Positions 24,911 through 38,749 of a DNA stretch of 64,000 nucleotides are shown here, one piece after another (positions within the stretch are counted from its first letter, which is position 1; every line of letters begins with the position of its first letter). The notes under the pieces were generated by a model. That model was given only the letters and a program-made list of their open reading frames with translations, had not been told where the DNA came from and ran no database searches. Made by a program: the position numbers and the translations under genes. The stretch spans positions 13,950,001-14,014,000 of the forward strand of contig NW_027266308.1 in assembly GCF_022045235.1 (NCBI RefSeq), in the 5' to 3' direction. This stretch comes from Haliotis cracherodii. Taxonomy: Eukaryota.

Positions 24911-25774
24911 TACTACCATTTACTGGTTTGTTTTGATGCTGAATATGTTTACTCTTATTGAATTGATGCGTTACCTGCTTATACCTATGGAGAACATCCT
25001 GTGGTTATTCCGTGTTTCTAACCTATCCTCGTCAGATAAGGATACAATGTTTGGATCTGGATTGGCTAGATTTACGTGATGTCGCTTTTCATACAGTCGC
25101 GACCCTCAAAGGGATGACATGAATTGGGTGGACAGGCCCGGTGGCTTAGTTGATTGATCAACCGATGATCTGTCTGCTTCATACTCGACACATGCCCAAA
25201 TGGTGTAAGTAAACCTTCGATTGGTTGGTTGGTTTGTTGTTTAACGCCGCACTCAGCATTATATCAGGTGTATGACGGCGGTCTGTAAATAAACGAGTCT
25301 GGACCAGACAATCCAGTGATTAATATCATGAGCATCGATCCACGCATTTGGGATCGATGACCTGCATCAAGTCAGCAAGCCTGACCACCCGATCCCGTTA
25401 GTCGCCTTTTACGACAAGCATAGTCACCTTTTTACGGCAAGCATGGTTTGCTGAAGACCCCGGAATCTTCGCGGGACTGAAAACCTTAGTGACAACATTG
25501 CTGGGATACAAAAGATCGATTTCATAAACCTTGGCGTTTCGAAAATATTGTAAATAAAAGCGACAGAGGACAATTCCTTAATCAATGGAAATCTCTATTT
25601 AAAGTTTCCAACTTAATCATAAGGTTGTGTTTACGAGTGATGGTAGAGCAGCCGTTTCGTGAAAAAATGCGTACTTTATAGTGAAAACATGAAACTTAGT
25701 ACAGTCGTAGGTTATGACATTCCAAATAGTTAAAGATATGGGGCCACCCAAAAAATCCAACAAGGCTGCTTTAG

Positions 25775-26042
25775 AGTGGGTTTAACGGCTCTTTTAACAT
25801 TATTCCAGTTATATCACGGTGTGTCAGCTTAATGTGGGAGGAAAGCCCGAAGTGATGCAGGTCTCATACGTTTACCACTTCTGTGAAATCCACGAGCACG
25901 GGTATGGTGCTGACAAATCTAGAAACATAATCGGGGCGAACCGGGATTCGAATCCAAAATCATAGGTTTCTGGCGTGCCCAAGGGACGCAACTCTGCACT
26001 GCGAATCGCGGCGCCTTAGACGACTGGGCCACCCGTGCCCCC
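25775..26042 (-). mobile_element. tRNA-Leu-like SINE
   Basis: Reverse complement of the family at 35755-36039; A box TGGCCCAGTCGTCTAAGGCG and B box GGATTCGAATCCC. Confidence 0.85.
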
Positions 26043-26409
26043 TCACAGTGACATAGCTCACGGACTATGGCTTCAAACAACATTCTCCACTCAGTCTGGA
26101 ATATGCATAGTAGAAGTAACCCAGAGAAACAGAGAGACTTCAATAACTCGAAGTCGAACACACATCGAGTTACGCGTAGCACCGAGGGTGAGTGAGTGAG
26201 TGAGTGAGTGATTATATGGTATTATATGGGCCAAATAGCAATGCTGTAGTACCGAGAAAAAAAGAATCAAAGAGCCAATAACGATTCTACAGGGGTCAAA
26301 TAGGGGAATGTTGTCTCAAACGATATATCGAGACAATGGATTCGAGTTAAGAGGTTTCGTCGTATTGTAAAAAAAGAGTATCTGTCCAGTAGTATCCACA
26401 GCGCCTCAC

Positions 26410-27613
26410 GTTGGCCGGTGAAGCAAGCAGAGACGTGGCAGGTGCACTCGTCATTGACGCATGATAGCTGGTAGTTGGTGTCGCACTTCTCTCGGGAGCA
26501 GGTGTTGGCGTCACTGCCGCTGCACCGTTCGCTGCTGACGACCCCTGGGAAATTAAGACAAAATATGTATTTATGAAAGGGGATCTCATTTATTGATTAG
26601 TGCGAGGTGAAATAAGGTTTAGCGTCGCGTTCAAAATCATTTACTTATATAGCGATGTGCATGTGTGTGAATGTGTGTGTGTGTGTTTGTACGTATACTT
26701 ATCGAATTTGTTTAAATAACCAAAATAAAAAACAAAAAAGAAAAAAACCTCCACTGTCGATCGATATGGTAAGGCGAATAAATATTTACTTTGAACGCTT
26801 CGTTTACTAATTTTACCCCACTACCTTACTGTCAAGAAATTTCTTTAAAATTAAAAAAAAACTTATTTTATATTTTACAAATATTTTCGAAAGATTATAC
26901 CTTTGTTGAAACTTTCGTGGATGATATCCGGGTTTCACTTAAATATACAGACTTGACACTTATTAAATTGCAAGTTCAAATTCGTTCGTAAATATAACAG
27001 GTTCTTTAATAAAAGGACAGGTTACTTTCCTGTCTTGCAGTGTTTGTTATCTGTCGCATGAACACCTTGATAAAGTCTACACGTCATCAACTTCCACACA
27101 GAAGTCACGTTGAGGTCAAGTATCGTGATTATAAAGAAAACCTTTCGTATACCACACACGTCGCCCTTTAGGCATAACACATAATTGAAACACTTTGATG
27201 TGACAATTATATGCTTCGAACAGGAAAATCCCGATGTTCCAGTGCAATAATACGTATTTGACTTAAACCTTATAGAATATTAATCAGCAAATGAGGTTTA
27301 TTCAAACAAAGGACTCATTTCCTGTGGAATTCCTGTTTGGTGAGGGAATGATTGATTGAGTTAGTTCTTTTTTCAATTTTCCAGTAATGGAGACACCAGA
27401 TAGCTTCACACTTTTTTACCACATGGGGAATCGAACCTGAGCCTTTGGTGTGACGAGCGATCACAAGATTACGAAATTTATTGTTCACATTGTTTTACTT
27501 TTTAGGGTGTATGATATACAATGTGGATGAATTGTACTTATTCATACTTCTAAAATCTTAAGTTACACACCAAAAGCGAGGATAACAGACACTCCGAGCA
27601 CAAGGAACTTCAT
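26410..27613 (-). pseudogene. Gene D: truncated paralog (exons 1-2 only) of the Cys-rich peptide family
   Basis: Exon 1 27613-27571 (43 nt, MKFLVLGVSVILAF-G|gt); exon 2 26544-26410 (135 nt, GVVSSERCSGSDANTCSREKCDTNYQLSCVNDECTCHVSACFTGQ, 7 Cys, ag/gt intact); no exon 3 or 4 found downstream. Confidence 0.82.
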
Positions 27614-30011
27614 GGCTGTTGAGATCAAACTCCGCTATATCAGCTGACGTCACCGTGGCATGTCCCTGGCGACCCTAGGACGTATTATCATACCTGATCA
27701 GATTGTGGTATTTAAAGAGAAAGATAAAAAAAATATTTTAAGTTTGCTCGTGTAATGGGTATGTTGTGTATGGTATATCCTTTAAGGCCGTCAATCGTGT
27801 GTGATTCACATTAGTGAATAATCCTTGATTGTATCAGTCGTTGACACCTGAGCAGATGGACTATGCTATGACCTGATGTTTGAGGTCATATAACATGTGC
27901 ACTTTAATGTATCACCGACGACATCGTTGGGTCATTGTGGACGGTGTTTTAATAGTAGTATTAGCGTTCTTTCGGCACACGGAACATCACGTTTCGATTC
28001 CAAAGATGGATGGACAAAACCAAAGATTAACATTATGAACAACGTCCCAAGCCGCCAGGATACAGTGGCATCGTGACCACCCAATCCACATAGTAACCGC
28101 TTACGACACAGCATACGACAGCATGGGATCGCCACCGACCGTATCTGTATAAAGGCTAATACAATCATCAAAGTCCCTTTCACATCATCAGCCATTATTA
28201 ACATATGATAAACATACATCCAGCCTCTGGTTTCCATTAATACTGTGACTTCCTCCATCGTCTAGCAGATAGAGCTTGTGCCTAGAGAACGGAAAGTCGA
28301 TGGATCGGTCCCGACTGCGTCAAACCACAAAAGATGGTACTTGTTTTTACCCTGCCCTGTGTGCATGCGCGTCATTATGTAAGTGCGATACTTTTGTAGG
28401 CAATATTAAATCCCATTTCACCTTACCTCACCTATTTATTCTGTAGTATGCTCGTTTGACGCCGCTTTGAACAGTATTCCCGTTATATCCCAGCTTAATG
28501 TGGAAGGAATGTCCAGAAAACAGTTTTTGTGTTGAAACTTTCGGTCTTTGATTACATTCTCAACAAAACCAGAGGGGGATGTATTATCTGACTTATGATC
28601 CGAAAGAAAAATCTGAACAACACTTATCATCAGTTTTATGTTTCCACTTTCTATGAACCTTTATAGGAAACGGACGTAAAATATCCCTTGCTGGCGTTTG
28701 TACGACGTTTGGATGTTCGTCCCAATTAAATAGAAGTAAAACCATTCCGCATATTTCCTCAAGTAAGTGCTGTAGCGATATAAAATACATTGTATATTTC
28801 AAACGAGGTACATTCTGAAGAAACACCACAAAAGTATCAATGGCAAACCCATGGCCCAGGGTCTTCAGGAGGGAAAACCTACGAAGTGGGTTTGACACGT
28901 TTTGAAGAGACTTGACAACCAACAAGAGAATAAACCTGTCGTAGGGTTATAATGCAGGATAAACCAGATGGGCTTGTAACGCTATCATGGGCAGCAAGAT
29001 ATACATGTATGTGGTCACTTTGTGTTTTAAAAATTCCATATTGCTTTGCCGACATCATTGCTAGGATGCCCTTTGTTATTATTATGTAAGCCAGTATTGC
29101 GGGCAATGAATTATTCTTAGTGTGGAATTAATAAACTCTTTTCAACTGCAGTTAGATTGTTGTGTGATCCATTTTAATTGTGCGAGTGGTTTTGAGGTAT
29201 ACACCTTTGCTTCACCACCACACGTAACGTATGAAAATTTAATGGTCGATCCGTCACGAGTTATATTTTACCCGTCAGGGTTGTATGCTACTTAAATGAA
29301 TCAAAACGACAAGAGGCAGTAGAACTGAGTTTATGAATGATGTCTCCAAGAACGTGAAATATCGCCATCACCCCGAGGACCACGTGTACTTAATCCAGAT
29401 GTCTACCTTTAGGTGCTGAAACACAAGGGTCAGATGTTTGGATCATGCATATGAAAGAGGATATTTGACTTTTCTTGTCAAATAATATTCTTATGGATCA
29501 ACATGAAAAGACACATTTTTTATTTATTACCTCTGATCTTCATGGTCGTATTCTTAAAACCACAATTCCACTGAAGCAGATTTAAAGTTGTCCCTTAAAC
29601 TTTTTGTCGCTAATATTGCCTTTCGAATTAGTGTCTTCTAGATACTTGTCTTAAATGCTTTATAAATGATTTTATCCCATATTTATAGTTTACTGTAATC
29701 TCCTTTAAGATTGTTTACATATTTTCCGATAAATATAGTATTTCATCATGAATTACATAATATATATGATCTTTTTCTGACTATTGAGATGTGGGGATAG
29801 TAAAGTATTTCAAATGTGGAAGTTTATGCATTACATGTATTTGTCATTATAGTTATGCTATTGTCATTAACGTCACACTGATTTGTTGCTTCATTTTTGT
29901 GTGTTTGGTTCCTTTTAGACAGAGGTACATTTTAATGATTTATAGATGGAGGAGATGATTATGTGGACGGAGGAGGGTGTGGCCGGACTGATGGATGATG
30001 ATGATGCGTGT

Positions 30012-30161
30012 GTGAGTGAGTATGGTTTTTACGCCACTTTTAGCAATATTCCAGCAATATCATGGCGGGGGACACCAGAAATAGGCATCACACATTGCAC
30101 CCGTCCTGTGTCTTCGGCGTGACGAGCGAACGCTTTAACCACTAGGCTACCCGACTGCCCC
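30012..30161 (-). mobile_element. Short tRNA-derived SINE (also ~35423-35522, 17145-17250, 27350-27460)
   Basis: Head ggggcagtcgggtagcctagtggttaaagcgttcgctcgtcacgccgaagac; B box GGTTCGATTCCC in the other copies; (CTCA)n tail. Confidence 0.8.
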
Positions 30162-30778
30162 GGATGATGATGATGATGATGATTATGATGATGATGATGA
30201 TGATGATGATGATTGATGCCTGGATTGGAGGATGGACAGTTGAGTGGGTGTGTAGATGGACGGATGAATGGTGGGGAATAGTGGATGATGGATGGGAGGA
30301 TGGTTGATTGATGGATCGGTTGATAGATGTGGGAACCGGTGACAGATGGATTGGGAGGTGGCTAGATGGACGGATGGATGGATGTGGGAACGGGTGATGG
30401 ATGGACAGATGGATATGTAGGTGGGTAGATGGACGGATGGATGGATGTTGGAACGGGTGATGGATGGACAGATGGATTGGTAGGTGGCTAGATGGACGGA
30501 TGGATGGATGTGGAAACGGGTGATGGATGGACAGATGGATTGGTAGGTGGGTAGATGGACGGATGGATGGATGTGGGAACGGGTGATGGATGGGTAGGTG
30601 GGTAGATGGACGGATGGATGGATGTGGGAACGGATGATGGATGGACAGATATATCATTGCTGATCAAGGGAGTTGGTGACCGGGTTGATGGATGGACGAT
30701 GGAAAGGTGGATGGATAGATGTATGGTTGGTGGGGGATTGATGATGGATGAACGGATGATGGATTGATGGATAGGTAT
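30162..30778. repeat. (GAT)n microsatellite followed by (GGAT)n-based ~60-bp minisatellite in intron 3 of gene E
   Basis: Direct inspection. Confidence 0.92.
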
Positions 30779-31684
30779 GCCGACAGAAATGTTACCTGGG
30801 ATACCCGCACTGGCAACTGCTGTCGATGCAGTGCCAGGAGTGGTCACATGGGCAGTTATGTTGGCTAGCATAGTGTCTGCAGTGATTGGCTGTTGTATGG
30901 CATCCCTCTATCAAACGAGAAGTGGATATCACTTGGAAGCAGGTAATATTCAAAGCAATTACCAATCGGGGCATTTAATTACGTGTATACGAGGGCGTGT
31001 ATATATTAACAGAAAAAGACCCGTGTCGTAAGAAGCGACTAATGGGATTGGGGGGTCAAGCTCGCTGACTTGGTTGATGCATGTCATCGATCTCAATTGC
31101 GTGGATCGATGTCAATGACTGGATTGTCTGATCCAGACTCGATTATTTACAGACCGCCATCATATATCTGGAATATTGCTGAGTGCGTCGTTAAACAAAA
31201 AACAAACAAACAAACAAACAAAAAACCCAAAACAAATACACATAAGTATTCTCAATGCATGTTCCTCACTTACTCTAAGACGGCCTCACACGGGCAACAT
31301 TACTTTGCAAACATAATCTCCTTAAAAGTTTGCCAACTAATGTTTACACACGATAAATATCCGGGTAAGAATAAAGGTTCCCAGCAATCTGAGGTTGTCA
31401 TAAGAAGCGACTAAACGCACAAGGCTTGAGGATTTGGTTGACTTCATGTCATCGTATCCCAATTGCGCGGATTGATGCTCATGATGTCAGTCACCGGATT
31501 GTCTAGAACAGACTCAGTTATTTACAGAGCTATAGTCCATATAGGGCGGTATCAAACAAACACACACGCAAACACTTCTCTTAAATGCCGACGCCATTTT
31601 GTAGCAGACCTCAATACAAATCGGTAAATGTGAAGTCCCTTTACATAATTGTTTTAAAGAGACGGTAAGGCAGGTCCGGCAGTA

Positions 31685-32015
31685 AATGAGACAGGAGTGA
31701 GATATTAAACACAAATGATATATTAAACACAAATAAAATGTTAAACACAAGTGAGATATTAAACACAAATGAGGTGTTAAACACAAATGGGATGTTAAAC
31801 ACAAAGAACATGTTAATCACAAATGAGATGTTAAACACAAAGAACATGCTAAACACAAAGGATATATTAAACAAAAACGAGATGTTAAACACAAGTGAGA
31901 TGTTAAACACAAAGAACATGTTAATCACAAATGAGATGTTAAACACAAATAAGTTGTTAATCACAAATGAGATATTAAACACAAATGAGATATCAAACAC
32001 AAATGAGATGTAAAT
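31685..32015. repeat. 18-bp minisatellite in intron 2 of gene E
   Basis: (aaacacaaatgagatgtt)n tandem array. Confidence 0.95.
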
Positions 32016-33138
32016 CACTATACCTGGATGGGTTCCACAGCTGGACACCAGGCACGTGCAGGTTCCCCTCACACAAGCCAAAGTCGAGAGGGCGTCGCAG
32101 CTTTCATGCCTGCAGGTGCTGGTATCATGGCCTTGGCATCCCTCGGCATCAACCAGGGCTACAAAAAACATTTATCATAACCTCCATGTCAGAATGATGA
32201 GATCTGACTGGTTCACGTGATCTTGATAAAATACTATGTATCCCACATTGGAGGGAACCAATTTCTTTATCGGGGACATAAATCCCTCATATCCCGCCAC
32301 GAACAATACAAGACATGTGGATTTCTGAGAGGAGGAATAAATTCCGTATACCTCGCTATTTCCTAATATGACAGTGTATTTATTGTTCAACAATGATTGT
32401 TAATGTGTGACATTGTTTCTGTCGAGATTCCGTAGACGGTCATTGTATTGTGTTTAGAAAGTGATCAGTCGCCAAGAAGTTAGATGCCAGTGTGGTGTGT
32501 AAACTGCCAGTCCGGTATAACCCAGGACGGTGATAGTATGTTATGGAAAATACTTTAATGTTCTAATGCTGAAGGACTAGCGAGGGCACTGTCTCGGTGG
32601 TAGTATATAAGGGGACAACAATAGCGTGTTTACTGAATCTTTTATGCAATTTTATCTTATCGGAACCAGCTTCCTAATGAGGATCGCTCATCATCCTAAC
32701 CCATAATGGAAGCTTGACCACCGTCACTGCTGGGTATATATATATATTACCACTGACTAGTGCTATCACTACTGTATTTTTTCATTTGATACTGACCACT
32801 GCCATCATATTATATACTGTCATTGAGTATTGTACTATCGCTCTATTGTGTACTGCCAATGTAATTGCTGTGTAGTAATTGTTTTGATTTGTAAACCTAG
32901 TTTATGTTATAGTACATTTGTTGATTGTATACCGCTTGTTGGTTGTTTGTTGGTTTCACACTAAGTTCCTTTACGTACAGATTTCTGGGTTAACATATTG
33001 TTTCAATTTGGGAATCTACATGTAACAGAGTCAGTAAAAGCAATCGAACAGCTGTTTTCTATCAATTTTGAGTTAGGTTTAATCCTTTCACAATGTCCTA
33101 TTAAAACATGTCGGTAAGGTAAATTCGTTGTAGCAGTA

Positions 33139-33425
33139 TCACGAGGGAGGTATGATATGTGGTTTTATGCGTCCCGTGTCAAGTTTTATACCACGAACGT
33201 GGCTAACGCGGGACGCATAAAACCACGTATTATACCTCCATGTCAGAGTGATGAGGATGTGATTGGTCCACGTGATCTTGATAAAATACTGTGTAACCCG
33301 CCTTGTGGGGTAATAACAATAACTTTCTAAGCCGGGAATAAATATCTTATACCCCGCCAAGAGCAAAACAGGCTGCACGTGGATTTCTGAGAGGCAGAAT
33401 AGATCCCTCGTGATCCTGCTACAAC
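33139..33425. mobile_element. Non-autonomous element with ~30-bp-arm internal inverted repeat (related pieces ~32170-32400, ~18572-18790)
   Basis: ggaggtatgatatgtggttttatgcgtcccg (33146-33176) pairs with cgggacgcataaaaccacgtattatacctcc (33209-33239). Superfamily not determined. Confidence 0.5.
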
Positions 33426-33811
33426 TTGCAATGTGACTTTATTGCATAGGCGGCTTCACACTTCAAAGGCGTGTTGTTGTATAGCCTGTCTTCATTCCCT
33501 TCAAAGGTTGACGCCATATTACGCAGTATCTGATTGACTGAAAGCAACCAACATACGCTTGACAACCATTCATATGTCAAAATCGAGTTTGAAACACATT
33601 GTTGGTCGAAATATTGGTTGGATATTCATTGCCAACGGTTTATCAAATTCCCCATACTGTTTCCGCAAACTGAATGTTTCCCTGGGTGGTACGAGACAGT
33701 ACGCCGTTCCCCAACATCATGGTCAATAGGGGTGACTATAGGGGCACTGTACTGATACAATAGTATTGCAGTGGTTAAAACACTATTGCTATTGATATAA
33801 TACTGTATACC

Positions 33812-33978
33812 TATACGTTTATAACGAACACGCTTATAACGAACTGACGGATTTAACGAACTTATATTTTGTCCAAACATTTGCTATATATATGCTGTAT
33901 ATATGATTTTAACGAACTACGGTTATAACGAACTAAACTGAGTGGTCCCTTTGAGTTCGTTATAACCATAGTTTACTC
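33812..33978. mobile_element. MITE with repeated ataacgaac subterminal motifs
   Basis: Several ataacgaa(c) direct repeats and an inverted gttcgttataac at the right end. Confidence 0.55.
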
Positions 33979-35754
33979 CACTATTGTAATAGTGATTCAG
34001 ATATAGCTTCACTGTTGTAGTGGTAAAAACTTTATAACGCATGTACATATTCCTTCCCATAATTAAGCGGGGTAACGCTGATTGTCTGACAATGTTCTCA
34101 ATGGACTCTCACATGTCTATTCAAACAAGGCGCATTGTCGGCACACAATGATGACGAACGGTAATGTTTCATAATATTTGTATCGATACTATCAATGACA
34201 TTTCGTCATCCTTTATAACTAATTAATTTCACTTCTAATCACTAACACTGGTACTTGAGAACAGTTTATGTTAAGTAAATATAAATAGCTACATGGATAG
34301 TCATATAGATAGCTACAAGGAAATATATAACTTTCACGATTTTTCGGCCGTACTTTGGTAAATAGATAAAACATCAACAATAGAGAATATCTATTCCAAA
34401 ACAGATACCATTGCACGTACAAAGCAAATTAGTGTTGAAATTTATATGAATGGATAATTGAACACCGGTGATGATACCGGGTGTTCGCAAAAAGGGTAAG
34501 CTAGTGCTGCTCTACAAAGCACAATTTGCAGAAAAAAATGTTTGTAAACATTATGAAAATTAAGATACAGTTATTTTAAAGTAAACGTGAAGGCCTACCT
34601 AAAGTAACCAGACCAAGGGCTGCGATAATAAGACACCTCATGGTTTCAGCTTCAAGCTAGAAGTGAAGTGCTGGAAGTGAAGGTAGGGCAGAGAAACTGG
34701 GGCAGTGATATAAATGGGAATGACAGCTATCTGGACAGCTGGTCAAATAGGTATGCAGAGATACACACAGATATCTGCCCATTGTGTGTTAATGGTTTGT
34801 GAGTTGAAGACACGATGAAGATTATATTTAAAAGAGACGTATTAAAGAGGTTTTTGAGATGTGTATTTACCTGATAATTTGCATTGGAGCTCTCGTTTGT
34901 AAAATATTATTTAAAAAGGAATGGCATTCCAACCCACAGTTTGAGAATCGTTTGGAAACTCGAATGACAAAACATTTAGGAACATACTTTCGAACACCCC
35001 CCCCCCCCCCCCCCCCCTTTAGACAGTCTTTGTTTAACGAAATGAATGCAATCAAACCCCTCTCACTGACCTTACAATAAGTGTACGTCTCTAGAAAACG
35101 CAATATCAGACATGCTAATGATCTTAATGGAGTTAGCCATGAGCAGGGTGCCATATGCAGGGATATTGACGCACATTCATCACCACTCGCCCCTTTCCGT
35201 AATCTGCAAGAAGACTCGCCCCCCTATCGATGAATGTTATATGCGAAAATACGACAAACCAATCAAAATGCGCGTATGATTTCAAGTTCTCCGTTAAAGA
35301 ATCCCTCAGAAATAATTTTTGATTTTAGATATGTCTTGCACCTCAAAATATACCCAAGACACAGTTAAATGTGTTCAATGAAACTGTATAATTCCGCATG
35401 TCCAGATGTGCTTTAAATTACATCAGAAATGGGCTTCACACATTATACGCAAGTCGGGAATCGAACCCGGGTCTTCGGCGTGACGAGTGAATGCTTTAAC
35501 CACAAGGCTACCCGGCCGCCCCGAAAACAACTCAAGACTAGATCTGAGACGAAGATACCTCCGGGCTAGACCAGCACCAACTACCCCCCGCGCCCCTGTG
35601 CAACAGACTCGACCTGCTACCACCCCACCCGTTGACCTTGGCTGCAGTGATACGACGGATAGAAGCTGGGGAGACGGCCTGGCCCATGGACCTGACTTTG
35701 AATAAATTTCAGGTGCAAAACGTTCCAGTTTTCCTTCAGACTTCAAACTTATAA

Positions 35755-36039
35755 GGGGGGCACGTGTGGCCCAGTCGTCTAAGTCGCCGCGATTCGCTGT
35801 GCAGAGTTGCGTCCCTTGGGCACGCCAGAAACCTATGATTGTGGGTTCGAATCCTGGTTCGCCCCGATTATGCTTCTAGGTTTGTCAAAACCATACCCGT
35901 GCTCGTGGGTTTCACCGAAGTGGTAAACCTCTGAGACCTTCATCACTTCGGGCTTTCCTCCCACATTAAGCTGACATGCCGTGATATAACTGGAATACTG
36001 TTAAAAGCGGCGTTAAACCAAACTCACTCACTCACTCAC
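35755..36039 (+). mobile_element. Full-length tRNA-Leu-like SINE with 12-bp TSD
   Basis: A and B boxes, ggctttcctcccac central motif, (CTCA)n tail; TSD TCAAACTTATAA at 35743-35754 and 36040-36051. Confidence 0.92.
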
Positions 36040-36225
36040 TCAAACTTATAATTTGGAATATTGAAGGTTTTGCAACAAAAATCAGTGATTTTGAGTTTAT
36101 GGTACATGTATATATATAAACGTTCGAAATAATATGCCTAACCGAACCTTTCATTGACAAAGAAGTAGCCATACCTAAGCTCTCTTCTTATGATATGGAT
36201 ATCGCTAAAGTCACAGGCTAGTTAA

Positions 36226-36916
36226 GGCCAGGTTCACACAGTGCCGATTATGGCTCCCGTTTGAGATCAGACAGGCTACGACACGAAAAGTGAAAAAGTC
36301 GGATTACTATCCTCAATGATCTGGAATGCCCTATCACTGTCTGAACGCAGTCGTATAGGTTCGTAAGAGAGTCCTACTGATCAGGCAAGGTCCAGCGAGG
36401 TCGGCCATGCACTCACGGCAGTATGGTGCGTCCTGTAACATTCGGGAAACGCAGCCGATTTTGTCTAGTCGGATTACAATCGTGACTATGTCGTGAGAGA
36501 TTCTGCTGTATCGGATCAAAATAGTAACAATGTCCTGTGTTGTCTTGACGGTGTCCTCTGGATGGGGACGCTGTCGTGAATTGTTCATTGACGTTTCTTG
36601 TCGATTGAGTCCAGATTGCGTCCAGATCTTGCCGTATGCGAACGTTTTTGTCGGTTCACTGTCTGGTCACTCTCTTATCTCTGTCGTTTTTTACCATGCG
36701 GAAGATGCAAATCGGATCAGATTCGGATTGAGGACGGGAGATTGGGGACGAATTCGGATGGAAACGGCTGAATCGGGACGCTTCCTGAACAATATCTGAT
36801 TGTTTGTGAATTTCCCACCACGAATCACAGGATCTTGATCAGACTTTTGACAAATTTTAATCGGGAATGGTCCTATCCAGGACAGCAGTAAAAATCCTGA
36901 ATGTGTGACTGGGCCC
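36226..36916. mobile_element. PIF/Harbinger-like non-autonomous element
   Basis: Imperfect TIRs ggccaggttcacaca / tgtgtgactgggccc flanked by TAA at 36223-36225 and 36917-36919. Confidence 0.55.
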
Positions 36917-37049
36917 TAAGGCTGGTCGGCTATCCGGCGGCGAATTCTTGTTGGAGAAGAACACAATAACCACACACTGCCAACAAATAACAACTGAGAT
37001 TCATTTAGAGACATATATGAGGAGTTTAAAAGCCTAATCGAACCATTAG

Positions 37050-38008
37050 TTGTATAAACTTAGTATGGTGGACCCATCGGTGTATTTTGGGATATTCAAC
37101 ACCCAAATACAGCCTATTCTATTATATGGCTCTAGGCGTGGGGTACAAATAGATTTGAAAAGACTGAACCTGTCCAGTTTATTGCTTGCAAGACATTTCT
37201 CAACGTTGGTCGTCAAACACCTAAATGTAATTCTATACGGAGAATGTGGCCGATATCCGTTATGCATAAATGCAAAATGGCGTATGAAATACTTGCTTAC
37301 ACTTTCCGACATGCATAAAGGGAGACAATTTGCGGAGAGGTAATGATGGAATTCCTAAGAAAGCCTATGACACGTTTCTTTTGTACTATGGTAATTGTGG
37401 ATACCAAACCCATACCTCTACTGTACGCACGTTATTGTTTTCACATGCATTTGGATTTGCATGGATTGCTCTGTGTGTTGGAGATACATTTACTTTTCTT
37501 AGACCGTGTAAAAAGGTTGCAATTGATATGTATCATCAGTCATGGAATGGTGCTGTAGAAAATAGTTCAAGACATGACATATAAAAGAATTTCAAAGCCT
37601 AATCGAACCAGAGAAGTACCTCACCCTTTTAACATATAGAAAAACAACGCAACATGTTGATGAGACTGAGATCGGGGTTGTTAACGAAAGGAGATGGTCG
37701 GCGATTGATATAAGTTAACGTTTATGTCCCCTTTGTAATCTAGGGATAGAAGATGAATATCATTTTATTTTAATATGTAACTCCTATAAGCACATAAGAC
37801 ACCTATCTACCTGAAATGTATCGCCATAATCCGAATATCTATAAATTTAGAACGCTTCTGTCTTCCAACGGTGTAAGGTTATTGAGATACTTTTGTAAAT
37901 ATGAATGTCAAAGTTATGAAGTGAGAAAAAGTGTATGTATGTATGTATGTATGTATGTATGTATGTATGTATGTATGTATGTATGTATGTATGTATGTAT
38001 GTATGTAT
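37050..38008 (+). mobile_element. Decayed 3' fragment of an RTE-X/CR1-like LINE ending in (TATG)n
   Basis: IFNTQIQPILLYGS, YGECGRYPL and CPLC..EDEYHFILIC motifs with stops and frameshifts; (TATG)n 37932-38008. Confidence 0.8.
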
Positions 38009-38258
38009 GGCGCCGCTATTCGCTGTGCAGAGTTGCGTCCCTTGGACACGCCAGAAACCTATGATTGAGGGTTCGAATCCCGGTTCGCCCCGATTATGTT
38101 TCTAGGTTTGTCAGCACCATACCCGTGTTCGTTGGTTTCACCGAAGTGGTAAACGTCTGATACCTGCATCACTTCGGGCTTTCCTCCCACATTAAGCTGA
38201 CACGCCGTGATATAACTGGAATATCGTTGAAAGCGGCGTTTAACCCTACTCACTCACT
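38009..38258 (+). mobile_element. tRNA-Leu-like SINE, 5'-truncated
   Basis: Matches ~35783-36030. Confidence 0.85.
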
Positions 38259-38749
38259 ATACATGCAAGATAAGTGTCTGGTTCCAACAGTTTGTTTTCT
38301 CTCTATACGTATAGTAAATGTCGAAACTTGAAACGACATATCAACACCATCAGCATCGAAAGACTTAATAAATGAACCAAATAGTACACAACCAATGCCT
38401 TGCGAAAATGGCATATGGTGTATGCTTGGTGCGTAATATTTGTATCCACGGTTATCTAAGTACACTGCATTTAATAAACATTTAAGTGGATACGGTCAAT
38501 TATGTCAATGTCTTACACATATAACAATAATATATGAAAAAGGTATCAACCGCCTTCTCCACAGACAATAGATATTGGAATCGGGGGGCCTACTTTCAAA
38601 CATCTCTTCCAGGCAATTAGATGTACAATATCTTGTGAACCAAATATGCATGCCCTATTTTTCACCACCACAGAATATGTGGTATTTGCATGTCAGATAT
38701 TATGTAAAAAGATAATGCCAAGATTTAAAATTACTTGAACTTACATCAG

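Larger units (their letters stand above)
29540..32559 (-). pseudogene. Gene E: 14-Cys paralog with damaged exon 1
   Basis: Exon 2 32158-32024 (ALVDAEGCQGHDTSTCRHESCDALSTLACVRGTCTCLVSSCGTHP); exon 3 30907-30796 ([37 protein letters not shown]); tentative exon 4 29570-29540 (SGIVVLRIRP*, then AATAAA). Exon 1-like 32559-32522 starts ATT instead of ATG and is 38 nt rather than 43; TATA-like sequence near 32605-32610. Confidence 0.78.

Noticed and set aside
27900-29150. Possible decayed TE coding fragments between genes D and E
   Set aside because: No motif I could identify with confidence.
35755-35866. tRNA-Leu gene (and other tRNA-like heads at 3147, 30100, 43902, 53610)
   Set aside because: No proper acceptor stem; each continues into a SINE body and tail, and two have TSDs.
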